From the NCBI GenBank assembly GCA_947627835.1, contig CANQXM010000001.1, forward strand, positions 1 through 38,427: a stretch of 38,427 nucleotides of DNA, read 5' to 3'. Every line of letters begins with the position of its first letter. Position 1 is the stretch's first letter. Position numbers and translations under genes: made by a program. This document shows positions 36,981-38,427 of the stretch, in pieces. The notes below the pieces were generated by a model. That model saw nothing but the letters and a program-made list of their open reading frames with translations, had not been told where the DNA came from and did not search any database. Source of the stretch: an uncultured Bacilli bacterium (GTDB taxonomy: Bacteria; Bacillota_I; Bacilli_A; RF39; UBA660).

Positions 36981-38408
36981 ATGCGATTAGAAGATTATGA
37001 AAAAATAGAATCAACCAATATAGACTATAAAGAAAAGTTAGAAGAATCTCATCCAAGAAGTTGGCTGAAAAGTGTATCTGCATTTGCAAATACAAATGGT
37101 GGAGTATTACTATTTGGAGTTAATGATAATAGACAACCGGTTGGAATTGATAATGCTAAATATACTGCATCTAAAATAGCAGAATTAATAAATTCAAAAA
37201 TAAGTCCAATACCTAGATATGAGTTACATTCATTCCAAGAAAATGGCCTTGATTTCATAGAAGTAAAAGTTGGAGATGGACCTGCTGTTCCATACTATTA
37301 TTCTAGTGATGGTAGAAAAATTGCATATATAAGATCCGGAGATAAAAGCATTGAGGCACCTACGCACGTTTTAGATAATTTACTTTTAAAAGGAAACAAT
37401 AAGACTTTTGATAGCTTGCCTAGTATATATAGGTTAGGGGATGTCAGTTTTACTTTATTAGATGCAACATTAAAAAAAGAGACAGGAACGCCAATTGATA
37501 CAAATAGAGATTATATTTCGTTAAATTTAATGAATAGCGATGGGTTTATAACTAATGCCGGATTACTCATTTGTGATCAAGGATTGCTAAAACAATCAAG
37601 AATTTTTTGCACTCGATGGAAGGGTACTGTAAAAGGATCTATTGATGGGGATGCAATTGATGATAAAGAATACACAGGCAGTATAATAAGTTTACTTGAA
37701 AATGCAGAAACCTTCATAAAAAACAACTCAAAGACCGGTTGGGAAATTAATGGAATGTTCAGAAAAGAATTTGCAGAATATCCTACTAAAGCAGTACGTG
37801 AAGCAATAGTAAATGCAATAATACATAGAGATTATCAGATCCTAGGATCTGAAATTCATATAGACATGTATGATGATAGATTGGAAATAACATCTCCTGG
37901 GGGAATGGTCGATGGAAGTCAAATTCAAGATTTAGATTTAACTAAAATACCATCTTTAAGGAGAAATACTATAATATCAGATATATTTAATAGATTACAT
38001 TTTATGGAGCGAAGAGGTAGCGGAATAACAAGAATTATCGAATCGTATGCAGATTCTGTACATAAGCCAAAATTTAGTTCTAATGTTTCAAGTTTTACTG
38101 TTATATTTCCAAATAAGGGCTACATTCATAAAGCAAACAAAGAGAACATAAAAAATAGTAACATAGTAGATGATAAAGATTACTTTTTAATAAAAATTTA
38201 TAAAAATCTAGGAGGAAAAGTAAGAAGTAGTTTTTTAGAACGCTTACAGAATCTATTTAATATTGTTGGATATGAAAAGGAATTTACAAGAGAAAAAATA
38301 GAAGAAGTATTTATGGTAAAAAAATCACGAGCAAACGAAATTATAACTATGTTAATAAATAATAATATTATTGAGAATGACGAATTATTGTATAAGTTTA
38401 AAAAATGA
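36981..38408 (+). CDS. AlbA_2 (Schlafen-like) / HATPase_c_4 domain protein with C-terminal wHTH-like region (often annotated RecG-like or putative transcriptional regulator)
   Basis: 475 aa with RBS GGAGGG. N-terminal E....DYKE........L.SVSAFANT.GG.LLFGV.D; C-terminal AVREAIVNAIIHRDY......I.I.MYDDRLEITSPGG and MERRGSGI.RI. Confidence 0.8.
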   Translation: MRLEDYEKIESTNIDYKEKLEESHPRSWLKSVSAFANTNGGVLLFGVNDNRQPVGIDNAKYTASKIAELINSKISPIPRYELHSFQENGLDFIEVKVGDGPAVPYYYSSDGRKIAYIRSGDKSIEAPTHVLDNLLLKGNNKTFDSLPSIYRLGDVSFTLLDATLKKETGTPIDTNRDYISLNLMNSDGFITNAGLLICDQGLLKQSRIFCTRWKGTVKGSIDGDAIDDKEYTGSIISLLENAETFIKNNSKTGWEINGMFRKEFAEYPTKAVREAIVNAIIHRDYQILGSEIHIDMYDDRLEITSPGGMVDGSQIQDLDLTKIPSLRRNTIISDIFNRLHFMERRGSGITRIIESYADSVHKPKFSSNVSSFTVIFPNKGYIHKANKENIKNSNIVDDKDYFLIKIYKNLGGKVRSSFLERLQNLFNIVGYEKEFTREKIEEVFMVKKSRANEIITMLINNNIIENDELLYKFKK

Positions 38409-38427
38409 GAAATAAGCAAAATCAGCT

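Noticed and set aside
36745-37095. 116-aa minus-strand ORF spanning the GC-rich repeat
   Set aside because: It overlaps the ends of both flanking well-supported genes. Its only non-junk stretch is the translation of the DNA repeat, and it has no RBS.
1-38427. Scan of the whole window for CRISPR arrays, tRNA or rRNA genes and large inverted or direct repeats
   Set aside because: I saw no regularly spaced 25-40-bp repeats, no cloverleaf-like GC-rich 70-90-nt segments and no rRNA-like stretches. The only structured repeat is the 22-bp tandem at 36829-36872.

Overview
AT-rich (about 30% GC by eye) bacterial chromosome segment that uses the standard code: TGA is a stop, and an RF2 gene with its UGA-dependent +1 frameshift is present. 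Most of the window is ordinary core, origin-proximal-type housekeeping. Genes are almost all co-oriented on the + strand from 3.7 to 25.4 kb: prfB, yitT-like, tilS, ftsH, parA-parB, mscS-like, DUF951, abgT-like, ychF, BI-1, rpsF-ssb-rpsR, rplI-dnaB, M23 peptidase, YycJ/WalJ-like MBL hydrolase, rlmH and ung. These are followed by lemA-like, two small enzymes, a GerQ-like spore coat gene, a second yitT-like gene, ftsE-ftsX plus a coiled-coil M23 hydrolase, whiA and clpP. This gene content suggests a low-GC, possibly spore-forming Bacillota, perhaps Erysipelotrichales- or Clostridia-like; that is inference only. Three parts look accessory. (a) The left edge (1-1.8 kb) has a tyrosine-integrase 3' fragment, an intact nucleoside 2-deoxyribosyltransferase-like gene, and decayed KilA-N and RhuM genes. 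(b) At 2.7-5.6 kb, a LysR regulator is divergent from an orphan 597-aa protein whose C-terminal half looks like DUF2099 (methanogenesis-marker-8-like). (c) The right edge (34-38.4 kb) has an orphan MacB/FtsX-type ABC module whose last permease looks 3'-truncated. It abuts a GC-rich 22-bp tandem (iteron-like) repeat and an AlbA_2/HATPase_c_4 gene. I saw no rRNA, tRNA or CRISPR array. I do not see a convincing multi-gene novel system. The best candidates for follow-up are the LysR/DUF2099-fusion locus and the GC-rich repeat junction, both reported with limited confidence. All family assignments come from motif recognition by eye and need HMM or BLAST confirmation.
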